Shown in pieces: positions 15,722-25,604 of a stretch of DNA of 64,000 nt. Both the position numbers and the translations under genes were made by a program. The stretch spans positions 1 through 64,000 of the IMG/VR virus record IMGVR_UViG_3300031576_000008. One strand, written 5' to 3'. This stretch comes from a virus. How positions within the stretch are numbered: position 1 is the stretch's first letter; each line of letters opens with the position of its first letter. The notes below the pieces were generated by a model. That model searched no databases, was not told where the DNA came from, and saw only the letters and a list, made by a program, of their open reading frames with translations.

Positions 15722-15730
15722 ACGTTTCCC

Positions 15731-16174
15731 TCAGCTAATGCTCATCCCCATTTCCTTCATTCGGCGTTCGGATTCGATCGCCCAGTCCCCCTCGTCCATG
15801 ACTTCGGTCATGAGGATTTCGCCGAGCGGCCGAGGGTTGATTGACGAAGCCTTTCTCGGACGCGGGAAGATCCGGAATCCGATGTCCTTCTTGGTCAGGA
15901 TCTGCATCGGATCAAACTCCTTGTTCTTGCCGCCCGAACAGGCGCTGGCCTGCAGATCGAAGAGGTAGTCGAGAGCTTCCAGAAGGCCGTACATGATCTC
16001 CGGCGTCCCCCATCTTTTCTTCATGACCTGCATGACCCAGTCGAGCGCGGATGCCGAGTCATGGACCCTGCGCAGATCGATCTCGTAAAGGTCGCCGCCG
16101 TAGGGGCCGAAGAGCACGAGATAAAAGTCGTCGCCGAACGGCATGTACACCCATTCGTTCTTGGGACGGGCCAT
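15731..16174 (-). CDS. Hypothetical protein
   Basis: ORF with GAGG RBS. Confidence 0.7.
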   Translation of the reverse strand: MARPKNEWVYMPFGDDFYLVLFGPYGGDLYEIDLRRVHDSASALDWVMQVMKKRWGTPEIMYGLLEALDYLFDLQASACSGGKNKEFDPMQILTKKDIGFRIFPRPRKASSINPRPLGEILMTEVMDEGDWAIESERRMKEMGMSIS

Positions 16175-16185
16175 GGAACCTCTCC

Positions 16186-16221
16186 AAAAAAAGAAAAGGC
16201 TCGGAGGATCCCTCCGGGCCT
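16186..16221 (-). terminator. Intrinsic terminator
   Basis: AGGCCCGGAGG-GAT-CCTCCGAGCCT plus long U tract. Confidence 0.75.
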
Positions 16222-16248
16222 CGCCCTACTCACCAACTGTAGAACTGT

Positions 16249-17214
16249 CTACTTAATCAGTTGGTTCAGATAACCCCTCAAGCGAGCTCGCACAACTTCC
16301 GGATCGCCGTACACTTCATGCTCCCAAAACCATTCGTGGTACCATCCAGCCCGCATCAGCTGGGCCAGCTTGCCCTTATCTCGGGCGACGCGATCACGGA
16401 CTACTGCATTCTGCCGAGCCATCGGGTAGCACTTCTCGCAACCATGCCAGAAGCAGCCATTGGCTTCAATATCCAGCTCGATCACCCGATTGGTCTGTCG
16501 ATCAACCAACACGATGTCCAAAGAATAGAATCGCCACGGGTATTCGGTCTGAATCTCGAGTGTAGACGATATTTCCGTTTCGCTGATTACTTCCCGGACC
16601 AATTCCACAAGGCGGCTATGCACCTTCGTCTTGATGGTCGGGAATGCCCCGGAAGCAAGCATTTGGAGCATCCGCCGTCGAGCCTGCGCTTTATATGCGG
16701 GTGTGTTGTGGGATTCCTTGGACGCGCTCAGCCGGCGTGCCCGCACTTGAGGATCTTCGTTGAGGATATTCAATCGACGACGTTCGATCTCTTCGGGGCG
16801 ACAGCCAATCTCGCGCATCGCGGCCTTGCGCCGCGCGATGCCCTCTGGACTACGATTTGCCATCAAGACTTTGTGACGGTAATCGTCAGTCTGCCACAAT
16901 TGGGTCACCGTAGCACTAATCCTCGCCCGCCTGTCGGCAGGGGATCTGAGCCCACTAGCCCTCAATCCGGCAATCCGGCGAGCCCGCACTCCTTGATCAG
17001 TCCACGAGTGCGCTACCCCACTTTTCAGCTTCTGTTTTACCTCAGGACGTGCGCAAATTTCCTTTGCGCGAGCAACGTATTCCGCACTGCAGAGCGGTCC
17101 AAACCGATCTTTATACTCATCGACAGTTAGGCCATGCATGCGGACGTGCTTCCAAGTCAGTAGCCTGCGGCGAACGCCGCAAACGCCGCAGGCTACCGTT
17201 GGGATATCAGTCAC
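16249..17214 (-). CDS. Free-standing Vsr/EDxHD-type endonuclease with N-terminal MucR-like Zn finger
   Basis: CGVC..KH..HGLTVDEYK and DIEANGCFWHGC..G..WFWE. Codon use differs from neighbours. Confidence 0.75.
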   Translation of the reverse strand: MTDIPTVACGVCGVRRRLLTWKHVRMHGLTVDEYKDRFGPLCSAEYVARAKEICARPEVKQKLKSGVAHSWTDQGVRARRIAGLRASGLRSPADRRARISATVTQLWQTDDYRHKVLMANRSPEGIARRKAAMREIGCRPEEIERRRLNILNEDPQVRARRLSASKESHNTPAYKAQARRRMLQMLASGAFPTIKTKVHSRLVELVREVISETEISSTLEIQTEYPWRFYSLDIVLVDRQTNRVIELDIEANGCFWHGCEKCYPMARQNAVVRDRVARDKGKLAQLMRAGWYHEWFWEHEVYGDPEVVRARLRGYLNQLIK

Positions 17215-17225
17215 TTCAGGCCCGC

Positions 17226-20200
17226 CTACTTGATGGGGCAGGATCCTCCACGACATTCCTTTTCCGCATCGGACACCTTGCCGAGCCCGCGTGCCCGCTC
17301 CTTCTCAAAATACTCCTCCGTGATCTTCTCGAACGGCAGCTGCTTGCGCCCGCTCAGTTCGGGCATCACGGTCGTGCCCTTGAGGTGGGGCAGATGGACG
17401 CGCAGAGCCTCTCGGAGCTCCCGAACGGTCACCTTCTTCGGATCGAAGTTGATCGTGTAGCTGATGCAGTTGTCGGCGAACTCGTTCTGGAGCATGGCCT
17501 GCACGGCGAGATGGTCCGAGATGGAGATCTCGGACTGCTCTTCGATGAGGGCCGTATCGACGGATCTCTTCTCACAAGATGCCACGAGTGGGTCCTTGCA
17601 CGGGAAGGACACCACAAGCGTGGCCTTCGTGTAGATCGACTTCTCGAGCGGATAACCCTCACGCCGGTACTTGGCGACATTCTTGTCGTTATCGGCGAGG
17701 TTCATCCGGCGCAGGAAATGGCGCGCGAAAATCGGCTGGCAGCCCGACATCGTGCCCGGAAGGTTCGAGATCGTCCCCGTCGGCGCGACGCAGGTCACCT
17801 TGATGGGCTCCGGGATCCGGAGCTTGAAGGAGTACTCGCGCGCCTCCTTCCGGCAGATGTCGTAGAAGCTGCGGAGGCGGTTGCGGATCTCCTTGTTGTG
17901 ATGGCTCTCGCTGAAGCGCACCCCCTGATAGATGAGCCACGAATGAAAACCGAAGAAACCAACGCCGATGCGCCGGTTCTTCGAGATGACTTCCTTCTGC
18001 TGGGGGCTGGCGATGTCGCCGAACGTCGCCCGGAGAAGGAATCGGGTCATGAGCCTGAAAGCCTCTCGAGCATCGGAATCGCGGCCGGCGAAACGCTCGA
18101 GATTGATGTGGCCGAGATTGCAGACATCCCACGGCGGCATGGCGATCTCGCCGCAAGGATTGGTCGTGAACGGGTACTCGCCTTCGCCGACGGCCGAAAG
18201 GCTCGAGTTCCAGAAGCCCGGCTCCCCGTCCTTGTGCATGCGCTCGGAGACGATCCTGAGCACCCGTTCAGCATGATGATCGCGCTTCCGGAGCGCCCGG
18301 AAAAAGGCGTCATCGACCTCCACGGAGACGTTCGTCGACCAGTGCTTCTTCTCGTCGCCGTCGCCATCGATCTTCTTGCAGTTGATGAAATCGAAGATGT
18401 CCGGATCGGCCCAGTACTTGAGGGACATGCGGGCCGAGTTGTGCACGAGCAGACCCCCGGCGACGAACTCGTTCTTGCCCTCCACCTCGATGTCATAGGT
18501 CTCGACGTTCCTCCCATCGGTCAATCCAACCACCTCGATCGGGATGAAATCGGTCTCCCCATACACATCCTCGAAGACGTCGTGATTCATCTGGCCGGTG
18601 CCGTCCCAGTGCGTCTTCCACGACTTGTTCGGCAGCTCGGCCTTGACCATCTCGTTCGAGAATCCATATCCCGCATGCGCCTTGACGCGCTCCGCCGGAT
18701 GCTTAGCGAGGAACGGCCCCACCCGATCCGTGAAGTCACGGAAGGACCGGCGTCCGACGAGCACCACATGCCACATTTCCTGCCACGACCCATCGGCTTC
18801 CCGATTGAGCTTCAGGCGCGTCGGGATGCCGAGCGATGCATAAAGCGCCTGCACCTCCTTGGCGAAGGACTTGTAGATGGTCGCCACGAGCAGGACCGGC
18901 CGGTTACCGGCCGCTCCGTCGGCGTCCATGAGCCCGGCGAGGAATCCAGCCCGCACTTCGGGCAGTCCCCGCCCGATGAAGTCGGGGACGACGATAGACT
19001 TCTTGGCCTCCTTGAACTTGGAGAAGTACCACGCCAGCTGCTTGGACTGGGCCCAGAGCTTGATGCACTTCTCGTCCTTCGAACTGTTGTCGATGACATT
19101 CACGCCCCAGCGTTCGACCTCCCGGCGGACGCGATCAACCGGATCGTTCTCACCGAGAGCGAAGGAAACGTGGGCATTGAAGCCGTTCTCCTCGAAATTC
19201 GGATAAACATACCCGTCACCACAGAAGAATCCGAGGAGCCACGCCGCATCTGCATCCAGTTCGGGGACGGTGATATCCTTGCAGGTCGTGCTGTTCTTGG
19301 GCTTCTGGTAGGACCACTCCGGGAATGACGTTTTCGTCCCTTCAAGCACGTTAGGCACGAAGACCAACCGGTCGCCCGGTTTCAGGTTCGATGCCTCGAC
19401 CCAGCAGTAGTTTCCCTCCACGTCCGACAAAACGGCCATCCTGTGATTGGGCGTGCATTCGAATTCGCCCATCTGAGTCACGATCCTGACCGTCTGCTGG
19501 ACACCCTGCGGGAAGACGGCCGAGACCCGGCGATACTCGCCATGGCTCGTCATCACTTCGTCGCCTACCGTCACGTCCTTGATCTTGATCAGGCCCTCGC
19601 GGGTGTGCACCGGCATCTCCTCCGGCAGGCAGCGGCGGATGTTCCCGCTGACGACGCAGGTGGCGATCTCATGATCGATCTGCATCATGTCGGTCGATGA
19701 GAGCTTCTGGCCGACCTTGGAATTGAGGATGCCATTCACCCGGATGAGCATCTCAAGGAGCGGCGTAGGACCGCTGGAGACGCCGCCGAAGCTCTTGAGA
19801 AGCGCCCCGCGCTCCCGGAGCGGGGTGATGTCGATGACGAGCGGCATGTCACGGCCGTCCCATGCGCCCTTGAGCACCTCGGCGAGCGACCCGCACCAGC
19901 CCTCACGGCTGTCGTCCACGACGTACCGGTCGCGGGTGAGATGATCGTACTTCTTGGAGAGGTGCCGTTTGAACTCCTCGATGTTCGGATGTGAGGGATT
20001 GCAGACGATGTGCAGCTCGACCTTCGAGAAGACCGGCGGATACATCCCGATGTACTTGTTGGAGTAATTGCTGCCGACCCCGCCGCCCTTCATGAGCTCG
20101 TCGAAGCTGAAGATGAAATGGAGCGTCAGGTCCTTGCGGGAGAATCCGGCGCTGTGACAATTTGCGAGATACTGCCGGCCGGGAACACCGGTGGCCCAGA

Positions 20201-20612
20201 GATGCCGCCCCGCAGGGATCATGTCCATCCGGAGCAGGAGTCCATAGAGCTTCTCCCGCTCCCCCGGCTCATGGTACTTCTCATCGACGAGCGCAAGGTT
20301 CCCGTCGACGACGCGGCGCACGGTCTCAGGCCACGTCTCATGGGTGCCATCGGCTTTGAGCCTCGAATACGTCCGCTGGTAGACATCCAGCCCGATCGGA
20401 CCGAACTGATACGACGGATGCGCCGCGCCTTCCGTGGCCGTCGTGATCGCCCCCGCCTTCTCGTCCTTCGCATGCCCGTTGCCATTTCCATTCCCATTGG
20501 AATGCCCGTTGCCGTTCTTGATCATCGGCTCGGGCACGGCCAGCGGACTGCTGGCCACATGGCGGGCGACACGCGAGCGAGACGTAGAGATAGTGTGTGC
20601 GCGCTGCCTCAT
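17226..20612 (-). CDS. nrdJ: Class II (B12-dependent) ribonucleotide reductase with intein
   Basis: RTYSR..ETW, PAGRHLW, NC, GGGVG, TNPCGEI, CNLG, APTGTIS, C-terminal CxxGxCPI. Confidence 0.95.
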   Translation of the reverse strand: MRQRAHTISTSRSRVARHVASSPLAVPEPMIKNGNGHSNGNGNGNGHAKDEKAGAITTATEGAAHPSYQFGPIGLDVYQRTYSRLKADGTHETWPETVRRVVDGNLALVDEKYHEPGEREKLYGLLLRMDMIPAGRHLWATGVPGRQYLANCHSAGFSRKDLTLHFIFSFDELMKGGGVGSNYSNKYIGMYPPVFSKVELHIVCNPSHPNIEEFKRHLSKKYDHLTRDRYVVDDSREGWCGSLAEVLKGAWDGRDMPLVIDITPLRERGALLKSFGGVSSGPTPLLEMLIRVNGILNSKVGQKLSSTDMMQIDHEIATCVVSGNIRRCLPEEMPVHTREGLIKIKDVTVGDEVMTSHGEYRRVSAVFPQGVQQTVRIVTQMGEFECTPNHRMAVLSDVEGNYCWVEASNLKPGDRLVFVPNVLEGTKTSFPEWSYQKPKNSTTCKDITVPELDADAAWLLGFFCGDGYVYPNFEENGFNAHVSFALGENDPVDRVRREVERWGVNVIDNSSKDEKCIKLWAQSKQLAWYFSKFKEAKKSIVVPDFIGRGLPEVRAGFLAGLMDADGAAGNRPVLLVATIYKSFAKEVQALYASLGIPTRLKLNREADGSWQEMWHVVLVGRRSFRDFTDRVGPFLAKHPAERVKAHAGYGFSNEMVKAELPNKSWKTHWDGTGQMNHDVFEDVYGETDFIPIEVVGLTDGRNVETYDIEVEGKNEFVAGGLLVHNSARMSLKYWADPDIFDFINCKKIDGDGDEKKHWSTNVSVEVDDAFFRALRKRDHHAERVLRIVSERMHKDGEPGFWNSSLSAVGEGEYPFTTNPCGEIAMPPWDVCNLGHINLERFAGRDSDAREAFRLMTRFLLRATFGDIASPQQKEVISKNRRIGVGFFGFHSWLIYQGVRFSESHHNKEIRNRLRSFYDICRKEAREYSFKLRIPEPIKVTCVAPTGTISNLPGTMSGCQPIFARHFLRRMNLADNDKNVAKYRREGYPLEKSIYTKATLVVSFPCKDPLVASCEKRSVDTALIEEQSEISISDHLAVQAMLQNEFADNCISYTINFDPKKVTVRELREALRVHLPHLKGTTVMPELSGRKQLPFEKITEEYFEKERARGLGKVSDAEKECRGGSCPIK
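18438..19631 (-). mobile_element. Intein (398 aa) with LAGLIDADG endonuclease in NrdJ
   Basis: GNIRR|CLPE...LVHN|SAR, LGFFCGDG and LAGLMDADG motifs. Confidence 0.92.
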
Positions 20613-20645
20613 GTAAGCTCCTTCCTCAAACGCTTGGCAGGGAGG

Positions 20646-20674
20646 AGACTAAAACGCCATTCACCTTTTGTCAA
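20646..20674 (-). promoter_or_regulatory. Sigma-70-type promoter for nrdJ
   Basis: TTGACA-17-TAGTCT. Confidence 0.65.
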
Positions 20675-20704
20675 GTTAGATTCTCTCGTATAGAATGAGA
20701 TTCG

Positions 20705-21958
20705 ATGCCCCTCTCATACATCGGCGGAGAAGCAAAGGTCACGTGGCGCGATGTGCTTCGGTTCGTCGTGACCAAGCGCTCGGTCACCGCGCAGGACCTC
20801 ATGAAGGCCTTGTCGATGCCCCAAGGCGAAGTGCGCATCCGGCTCAAGCGCCTTGCAGACTGGGGAATGATCAAGTTCGAGGGCAAGGAAGAACGCCGGC
20901 ACATCTTCGTGCCGACGGAGTACGGCATGCGTGTCGTCGCCAACCCGATCGAGAAGACCGAGCACGACGAAGAGCCGGAGACGGTCCTCTCGGGAGACGA
21001 GCCTGCCCACGAATATCCGATGCTGGGAAGCCTCGGGAGCGTCATCGAAGGACCGGTGGCGCTCCAGAGGCTTGTCGAGATCGACTCCGTCGATGATCTG
21101 CCGGACGGCATCGACTGGGCCGTTGAGAAGAAATTCGATGGATGGCTTTGTCAGGTTGCTGGCGGCCGGATCTACTCCCGGCGCGGCAAGGAGCTGACGC
21201 GGAACCTGCCGCCGGTGCTTGAGGCCGTCGGCCGTTTCAGGCACGAACATCTTGTCGGAGAACTGGTCTACTGGGGCCCGGACGGCAAGATGAATGAGTC
21301 GCTCGTCACGAGCGTGGCGGGCACAGCCAATCCGCTCGAGGCCTTTGCCAAGCTCCGGGCATTGCCGGGCATCTTCCAATTGGTCGCATTCGACCTGATC
21401 GGCGCGGGCGGGAGGGACATTGCAAAGCAGCCCTTTAGAGAGCGCAGAAAGAGGCTCGAAGGCCTCGTGCGTCCCTCCCGCCATCTTGCGTTGTCGCCGA
21501 TCTATGCCTTCTCCAAATGGCGCAGCGCCTACAACGAGGCGCTTGCCGAAGGTGGCGAAGGCGTTGTCGTCAAGAACATCGACGCCCCGTACTTCTGGCG
21601 GGAGCTCGGCGAACGCGAGCCCCAGCCAACGGGCGTCCAGTACAAGATCAAGGCCGTTCGCTCGGACGACTTCGTCGTCTTCGATCATTACCAGAGCGAG
21701 AAGGACAAGCTCATGGTTCGCTTCGGCCAGTTCTGGCAGGGGGAGCTTGTCGAAGTCGGGGAGATGGACAACTTCTCCGCCGAGACGGAAACAGTGATCC
21801 GGCGTCTGCTCAAGAAGGGGCCCTTCGTCATGGAGATCCTCTTCCAAGAGCGGTTCCCCAAGCCGCCGGGCCGGCTTCGGAATCCTCGCATGGGTCGCAT
21901 CCGGCTCGACAAGCCGATTGAATCGGCCACGCTCCCGCCTAAGTACGCGGAGGAGTAA
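20705..21958 (+). CDS. ATP-dependent DNA ligase with N-terminal winged HTH
   Basis: EKKFDG, YSRRG, VGE, AFDL, EGVVVK, KIK, LRNPR motifs. Confidence 0.9.
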   Translation: MPLSYIGGEAKVTWRDVLRFVVTKRSVTAQDLMKALSMPQGEVRIRLKRLADWGMIKFEGKEERRHIFVPTEYGMRVVANPIEKTEHDEEPETVLSGDEPAHEYPMLGSLGSVIEGPVALQRLVEIDSVDDLPDGIDWAVEKKFDGWLCQVAGGRIYSRRGKELTRNLPPVLEAVGRFRHEHLVGELVYWGPDGKMNESLVTSVAGTANPLEAFAKLRALPGIFQLVAFDLIGAGGRDIAKQPFRERRKRLEGLVRPSRHLALSPIYAFSKWRSAYNEALAEGGEGVVVKNIDAPYFWRELGEREPQPTGVQYKIKAVRSDDFVVFDHYQSEKDKLMVRFGQFWQGELVEVGEMDNFSAETETVIRRLLKKGPFVMEILFQERFPKPPGRLRNPRMGRIRLDKPIESATLPPKYAEE

Positions 21959-22181
21959 TGGCCTTGCTCTGTTCCATGATCTCGACACGATCGGCCATGA
22001 TCTCCCGGAAGGCCGCATCGAAGAACTTCTGGTGCTTCTCGACGGAACCAAGCAGATTGTAGACCTGCTTCTTCTCGGCGATGACCGTCTTCTCCCCCCA
22101 TATGTCGATGGCCAGCTTCATCAGGAACCGGTCCCAGATCTCCTTGGCAAGCCGGTCGACAGGACTGGGCTTGTTCGTCAT
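21939..22181 (-). CDS. Hypothetical protein
   Basis: ORF. Confidence 0.55.
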   Translation of the reverse strand: MTNKPSPVDRLAKEIWDRFLMKLAIDIWGEKTVIAEKKQVYNLLGSVEKHQKFFDAAFREIMADRVEIMEQSKAITPPRT

Positions 22182-22182
22182 C

Positions 22183-22494
22183 TTAGTTCTCCGGATGGAT
22201 CCTCGCCCGGGTCTTGTCGATGGCAATCTTGAGTTCGACTGACAGCCGCGCGATCCACGGCATCATCATGGTCAGGAATTGGGCCACCATTGGATCGCGT
22301 ATCGCCATCACGCATCTTTTGGCGCAGGCGGTGCAGATCAGGCACCAGATGCCTTGGGCCATGCCGCCGGCCCCATCGGTCGGCGGGACGCTTGCCGCGA
22401 CGTTGATCGAGCCCAAGTTGGCCGGCGGCATGGGGACCTGCGTCTCCTCGACCTGAATCTTGGCCTTGCAGATCGCGCATTCCGCCATCTTCAT
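22183..22494 (-). CDS. Hypothetical Zn-binding protein
   Basis: Two CxxC pairs. Confidence 0.6.
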   Translation of the reverse strand: MKMAECAICKAKIQVEETQVPMPPANLGSINVAASVPPTDGAGGMAQGIWCLICTACAKRCVMAIRDPMVAQFLTMMMPWIARLSVELKIAIDKTRARIHPEN

Positions 22495-22716
22495 CTAGAC
22501 CTCCTCAGCTTCTTCGTCTTCCTTGGGACGGCGCTTCTCCAGCTCCTCTTCGATCCACGTCTTGTCCTTGGGGTCGGGATCCATGATGACCTTAGCGATC
22601 TCCAGCGCCTCCGCCTGCCGCTTGGCCGTCTTCATCTGACGGTTGATGAGCCAAGGATACACGAGCGTGAGCGAAAGGGCGACCAGCGAACAGACGATGA
22701 GCACGAACGTGAACAT
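22495..22716 (-). CDS. Small membrane protein
   Basis: N-terminal TM segment, AAGGA RBS. Confidence 0.6.
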   Translation of the reverse strand: MFTFVLIVCSLVALSLTLVYPWLINRQMKTAKRQAEALEIAKVIMDPDPKDKTWIEEELEKRRPKEDEEAEEV

Positions 22717-22797
22717 GCATGTTCCTTTCTATGAAAGCGCGGATGGCTCCGCGCGGATGGAGGGATGGGCTACGGACGCTTCAAGGCATGCCGGGCA

Positions 22798-23163
22798 TCA
22801 GGACGCGCGCTTGATCGAAGGCCAGCGGCGGCGTTCGATCCAGTCATTGAGCATCTTCTCGGTCACGTTGTGCTTGGCGGCGAATGCGGATGGCGTAAGG
22901 CCGGACTGATCGAGCGCCTTCAGGATCTCATCGGGCGTGAGGACGCCAATGGCCTTGCAGCAGGCGTCATGGATGAGACCCTCACCCTCGTAGTTGTAGC
23001 AGGAGAACCCGCAGCTCCCGCACTTGTAGACGGGGAGCTTCTCGACCACGAATAGAACGGCATTCGGGCCGCTGCCGTAGCGGCCTTCGTAGCGCTCATA
23101 TTCGCGCTTCATGTCCTTGCTGTCGCAGTCGGGACAGCTTTCCATCGTCATTGACTCCGTCAT
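22798..23163 (-). CDS. MqsA/YgiT-type Zn ribbon plus XRE HTH (antitoxin-like)
   Basis: CPDC..CGSC..GVLTPDEI..GLT..FA..WI..RRWPS. Confidence 0.75.
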   Translation of the reverse strand: MTESMTMESCPDCDSKDMKREYERYEGRYGSGPNAVLFVVEKLPVYKCGSCGFSCYNYEGEGLIHDACCKAIGVLTPDEILKALDQSGLTPSAFAAKHNVTEKMLNDWIERRRWPSIKRAS

Positions 23164-23504
23164 TTCTTCTCCTCCTTCTTGGGCTCTTCCGGCTTTGGGA
23201 TCACCCTGTACTCGGGACCCAGCATCTGCGGGAATCGCTCCGCGTTCGGAATTTTTTCCGCCTTGTAGCTACCCGGCAGGGCCTCGATCTGCTTAGTGGT
23301 GTAGTAGTGGTCCATCCAGCAGCCGGCTGCAAAGACAAGGAAAAGAGTTGTCACGCAGAAGCCGACGATCCGGGCAATCCGCACGCTCTCATCGATGCCG
23401 CACTGACAGCGCTCTTTGATCGGCTGCACTTCGACTTCCATCGCGACGGGATGACCGCATTGACTGCATGGCGTCTTGAGCATTTGTTTCATGGCTGTCT
23501 CCAT
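23160..23504 (-). CDS. Hypothetical membrane protein
   Basis: CxxC plus TM segment. Confidence 0.55.
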   Translation of the reverse strand: METAMKQMLKTPCSQCGHPVAMEVEVQPIKERCQCGIDESVRIARIVGFCVTTLFLVFAAGCWMDHYYTTKQIEALPGSYKAEKIPNAERFPQMLGPEYRVIPKPEEPKKEEKK

Positions 23505-23517
23505 CGTTCGTAGGACT

Positions 23518-23787
23518 TCAGGCCTTGCGCTCCATGACCGACCAGCAGTCGAATGGGGCGTAATCACTGCCTCGGACCGTCTTCTGCAACTCCTTGGAAG
23601 CCTTGTAGATGGCCTCATCCTCGTCCTTGGCGACGACAGAAACCTTCCAGTTGAGCGTAACCTCGAACGGATGTTCCTTCTCATTCGAAGGACAGTCGTC
23701 GGCGGGACAAGGCTCGTACCAGACGCCGTCTTCGGTGCGCCCGCAATGGGGGCAAGTCCCCTGAATCTTCTGTCCGGGCATGTTCAT
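23518..23787 (-). CDS. Hypothetical protein
   Basis: Coupled ORF. Confidence 0.55.
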   Translation of the reverse strand: MNMPGQKIQGTCPHCGRTEDGVWYEPCPADDCPSNEKEHPFEVTLNWKVSVVAKDEDEAIYKASKELQKTVRGSDYAPFDCWSVMERKA

Positions 23788-24116
23788 TTCCTCTTCGCTC
23801 GAGCTGTCTTCTTAGGCTTCACGAGATCACTCCACTGGTCGAAAGCACCCGACATCCGCCGGAAGAGCTCCTCGAACTCCGCGCCTTCATACGGCTTGGA
23901 CATCTCAGCATCCTGCCCGCGATCATGCCGCCGGCGCTTTTCGGGATCGGACAAGATCGTGTAAGCCTCGGACGCCTCCCTGAACAGCTTCTCCGCCTCG
24001 GCGTTGCCGGGATTGCGATCCGGGTGATGCTTGAGCGCGAGCTTCCGGAAGGCGATCCTGAGATCCTCGTCGGAGGCGCTCCGTTCGACGCCGAGGATCT
24101 TGTAGTAGTCCGTCAC
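23784..24116 (-). CDS. J-domain (DnaJ-like) protein
   Basis: [25 protein letters not shown]. Confidence 0.92.
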   Translation of the reverse strand: MTDYYKILGVERSASDEDLRIAFRKLALKHHPDRNPGNAEAEKLFREASEAYTILSDPEKRRRHDRGQDAEMSKPYEGAEFEELFRRMSGAFDQWSDLVKPKKTARAKRK

Positions 24117-24168
24117 TTGTCCTCCTTCTTTTCGACCACCAGCATCCTACCGCGCTCTTCGGCAAGGA

Positions 24169-24465
24169 TCATCTTGGTCTCCGGGCTGTCCTTCTGGTGG
24201 CCTTCTTGCCGAAGCGCTCCATGGCGGAAGGACCGTCGAGCCATGTGCGCACCTTCTCATTGGAATACGTGCCATCCGCGTCAGAGCCATCCTTGTCGAA
24301 GAGCTGGCGGGCCGTGATGTCGCGCGCGAAGCAATCGGCAGGACCGCTCCGGGTGATCTGGATGATGGCCGTGCCTTCGAGATCGAGATGGCCTTGGATC
24401 ACGAGCACCATGTCCTTGAGGTGCTTCTCGATCGGCTTCGTCGGCATGCGCGCCAGAGTCTTCAT
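24169..24465 (-). CDS. Hypothetical protein (3' end uncertain)
   Basis: Coupled ORF. Confidence 0.5.
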   Translation of the reverse strand: MKTLARMPTKPIEKHLKDMVLVIQGHLDLEGTAIIQITRSGPADCFARDITARQLFDKDGSDADGTYSNEKVRTWLDGPSAMERFGKKATRRTARRPR

Positions 24466-24857
24466 GAGATCGTCTCCTCCTTGGATGGAAGTGCCAGAGG
24501 CTCTTCGCCACGCATCTCCCGGTAGCTAATGCCCTTCAGGTACTGTTTCTTGTGGAACCACTGGGCCCATTCATCGATGTCGAAGGGACGCCCATCCCTC
24601 TTATGAAGCGGCTCGATCTTCATGATTCTCTCATGGACATGTGTCACCCAGCAGGACAGGCCCTTGGCCTGCCGGAGGTATTCGAGCCCGAAGACCGCCA
24701 TGAAGCGCATCAGGAAGGCAATGTCCACAATCTGCCCGAGTCCTTGGCAGCCGCCATCCTCGTAATCGAACATGCAGTGGAGCATCGGCAGCCCGTGATC
24801 GTCGATCATGAAGTCGCACTCAGTGATTCTTGCCAGTGAACGTGTGGGTTCGTTCAT
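24462..24857 (-). CDS. Hypothetical protein
   Basis: Coupled ORF. Confidence 0.65.
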   Translation of the reverse strand: MNEPTRSLARITECDFMIDDHGLPMLHCMFDYEDGGCQGLGQIVDIAFLMRFMAVFGLEYLRQAKGLSCWVTHVHERIMKIEPLHKRDGRPFDIDEWAQWFHKKQYLKGISYREMRGEEPLALPSKEETIS

Positions 24858-25390
24858 TCGATGCCCCTCCCATCCAGCACAACTTCGAGATCGCGGATCG
24901 CCTGCTTCAACTCATCCGCAAGGATGTTATTGGTGTCTCCGACCACTTCCAAGAGAAGCCGGGATTCGTTGACGTAGAGCCGGCCGAACTTCTCCGGCGT
25001 GCCCTGCATCTCCCGCAGATTGTCGATCCGGTCGAGCATCTTGAGCTCCTTGGCCTCACGGCTGGCTTTGGAGAGAAACTCCCGGTCCATCCTCTTGCGC
25101 TCGGCGCGAGGAAGCGTGGATCCAATGGACACGTTGGTCAGCTGGATCACAATCTTGGTGACCTCGTCGCCGATTTCGGCGGCCATCTGCTGGGCCGTCA
25201 TCGGCGTGTCTTCGAGAACGTCGTGGAGAAAGGCGGCGGCGACCATGATCTCGGTCGCCCCCGGCAGGATGGCCGCCCGTCCGGCGACGCGGGCCGGGTG
25301 CTCGATGTAAGGACGGCCGGTGTACTTTCGAAGCTGGCCCTCATGGGCCCGGCGGCCGAGCATCGCCGCCTTGAGGATGATGTTTGTCAT
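24854..25390 (-). CDS. HD-domain (p)ppGpp hydrolase (small alarmone hydrolase, SpoT/Mesh1-like)
   Basis: AHEGQLRK..PYIEHP..LHDVLEDT..KMLDRIDNL. Confidence 0.88.
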   Translation of the reverse strand: MTNIILKAAMLGRRAHEGQLRKYTGRPYIEHPARVAGRAAILPGATEIMVAAAFLHDVLEDTPMTAQQMAAEIGDEVTKIVIQLTNVSIGSTLPRAERKRMDREFLSKASREAKELKMLDRIDNLREMQGTPEKFGRLYVNESRLLLEVVGDTNNILADELKQAIRDLEVVLDGRGIE

Positions 25391-25604
25391 GAATCAGGTT
25401 CCACATAAGTTGCATGCCGAAGACAAACTGCCGGAGCTCGGAGGTCGTCCGAAAGATGTAGATGCCCTTGTGGACTTCCACAGAGACGGGAATTGGTCCC
25501 GTCGACGAGAGATTCCAGAGGTACTCGATGAGCTCTTTCCAGTTGGCCAGTTCGGAGATGGAGTAGACGGGATGTGGCTTCTCCTGCACCTGTTCGATCT
25601 TCAT
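25341..25604 (-). CDS. Hypothetical protein
   Basis: ORF. Confidence 0.5.
   Translation of the reverse strand: MKIEQVQEKPHPVYSISELANWKELIEYLWNLSSTGPIPVSVEVHKGIYIFRTTSELRQFVFGMQLMWNLIHDKHHPQGGDARPPGP

Noticed and set aside
17049-19328. Long + strand ORFs (also 32752-33990, 44027-45724, 54596-55699, and 60816-62147 on -)
   Set aside because: Antisense shadows of strongly GC3-biased real genes, with no motifs or RBS.
24113-24205. Possible frameshifted C-terminus of ORF 24169-24465
   Set aside because: An alternative frame reads plausibly to 24113, but there is no slippery site and it cannot be distinguished from chance or an indel.
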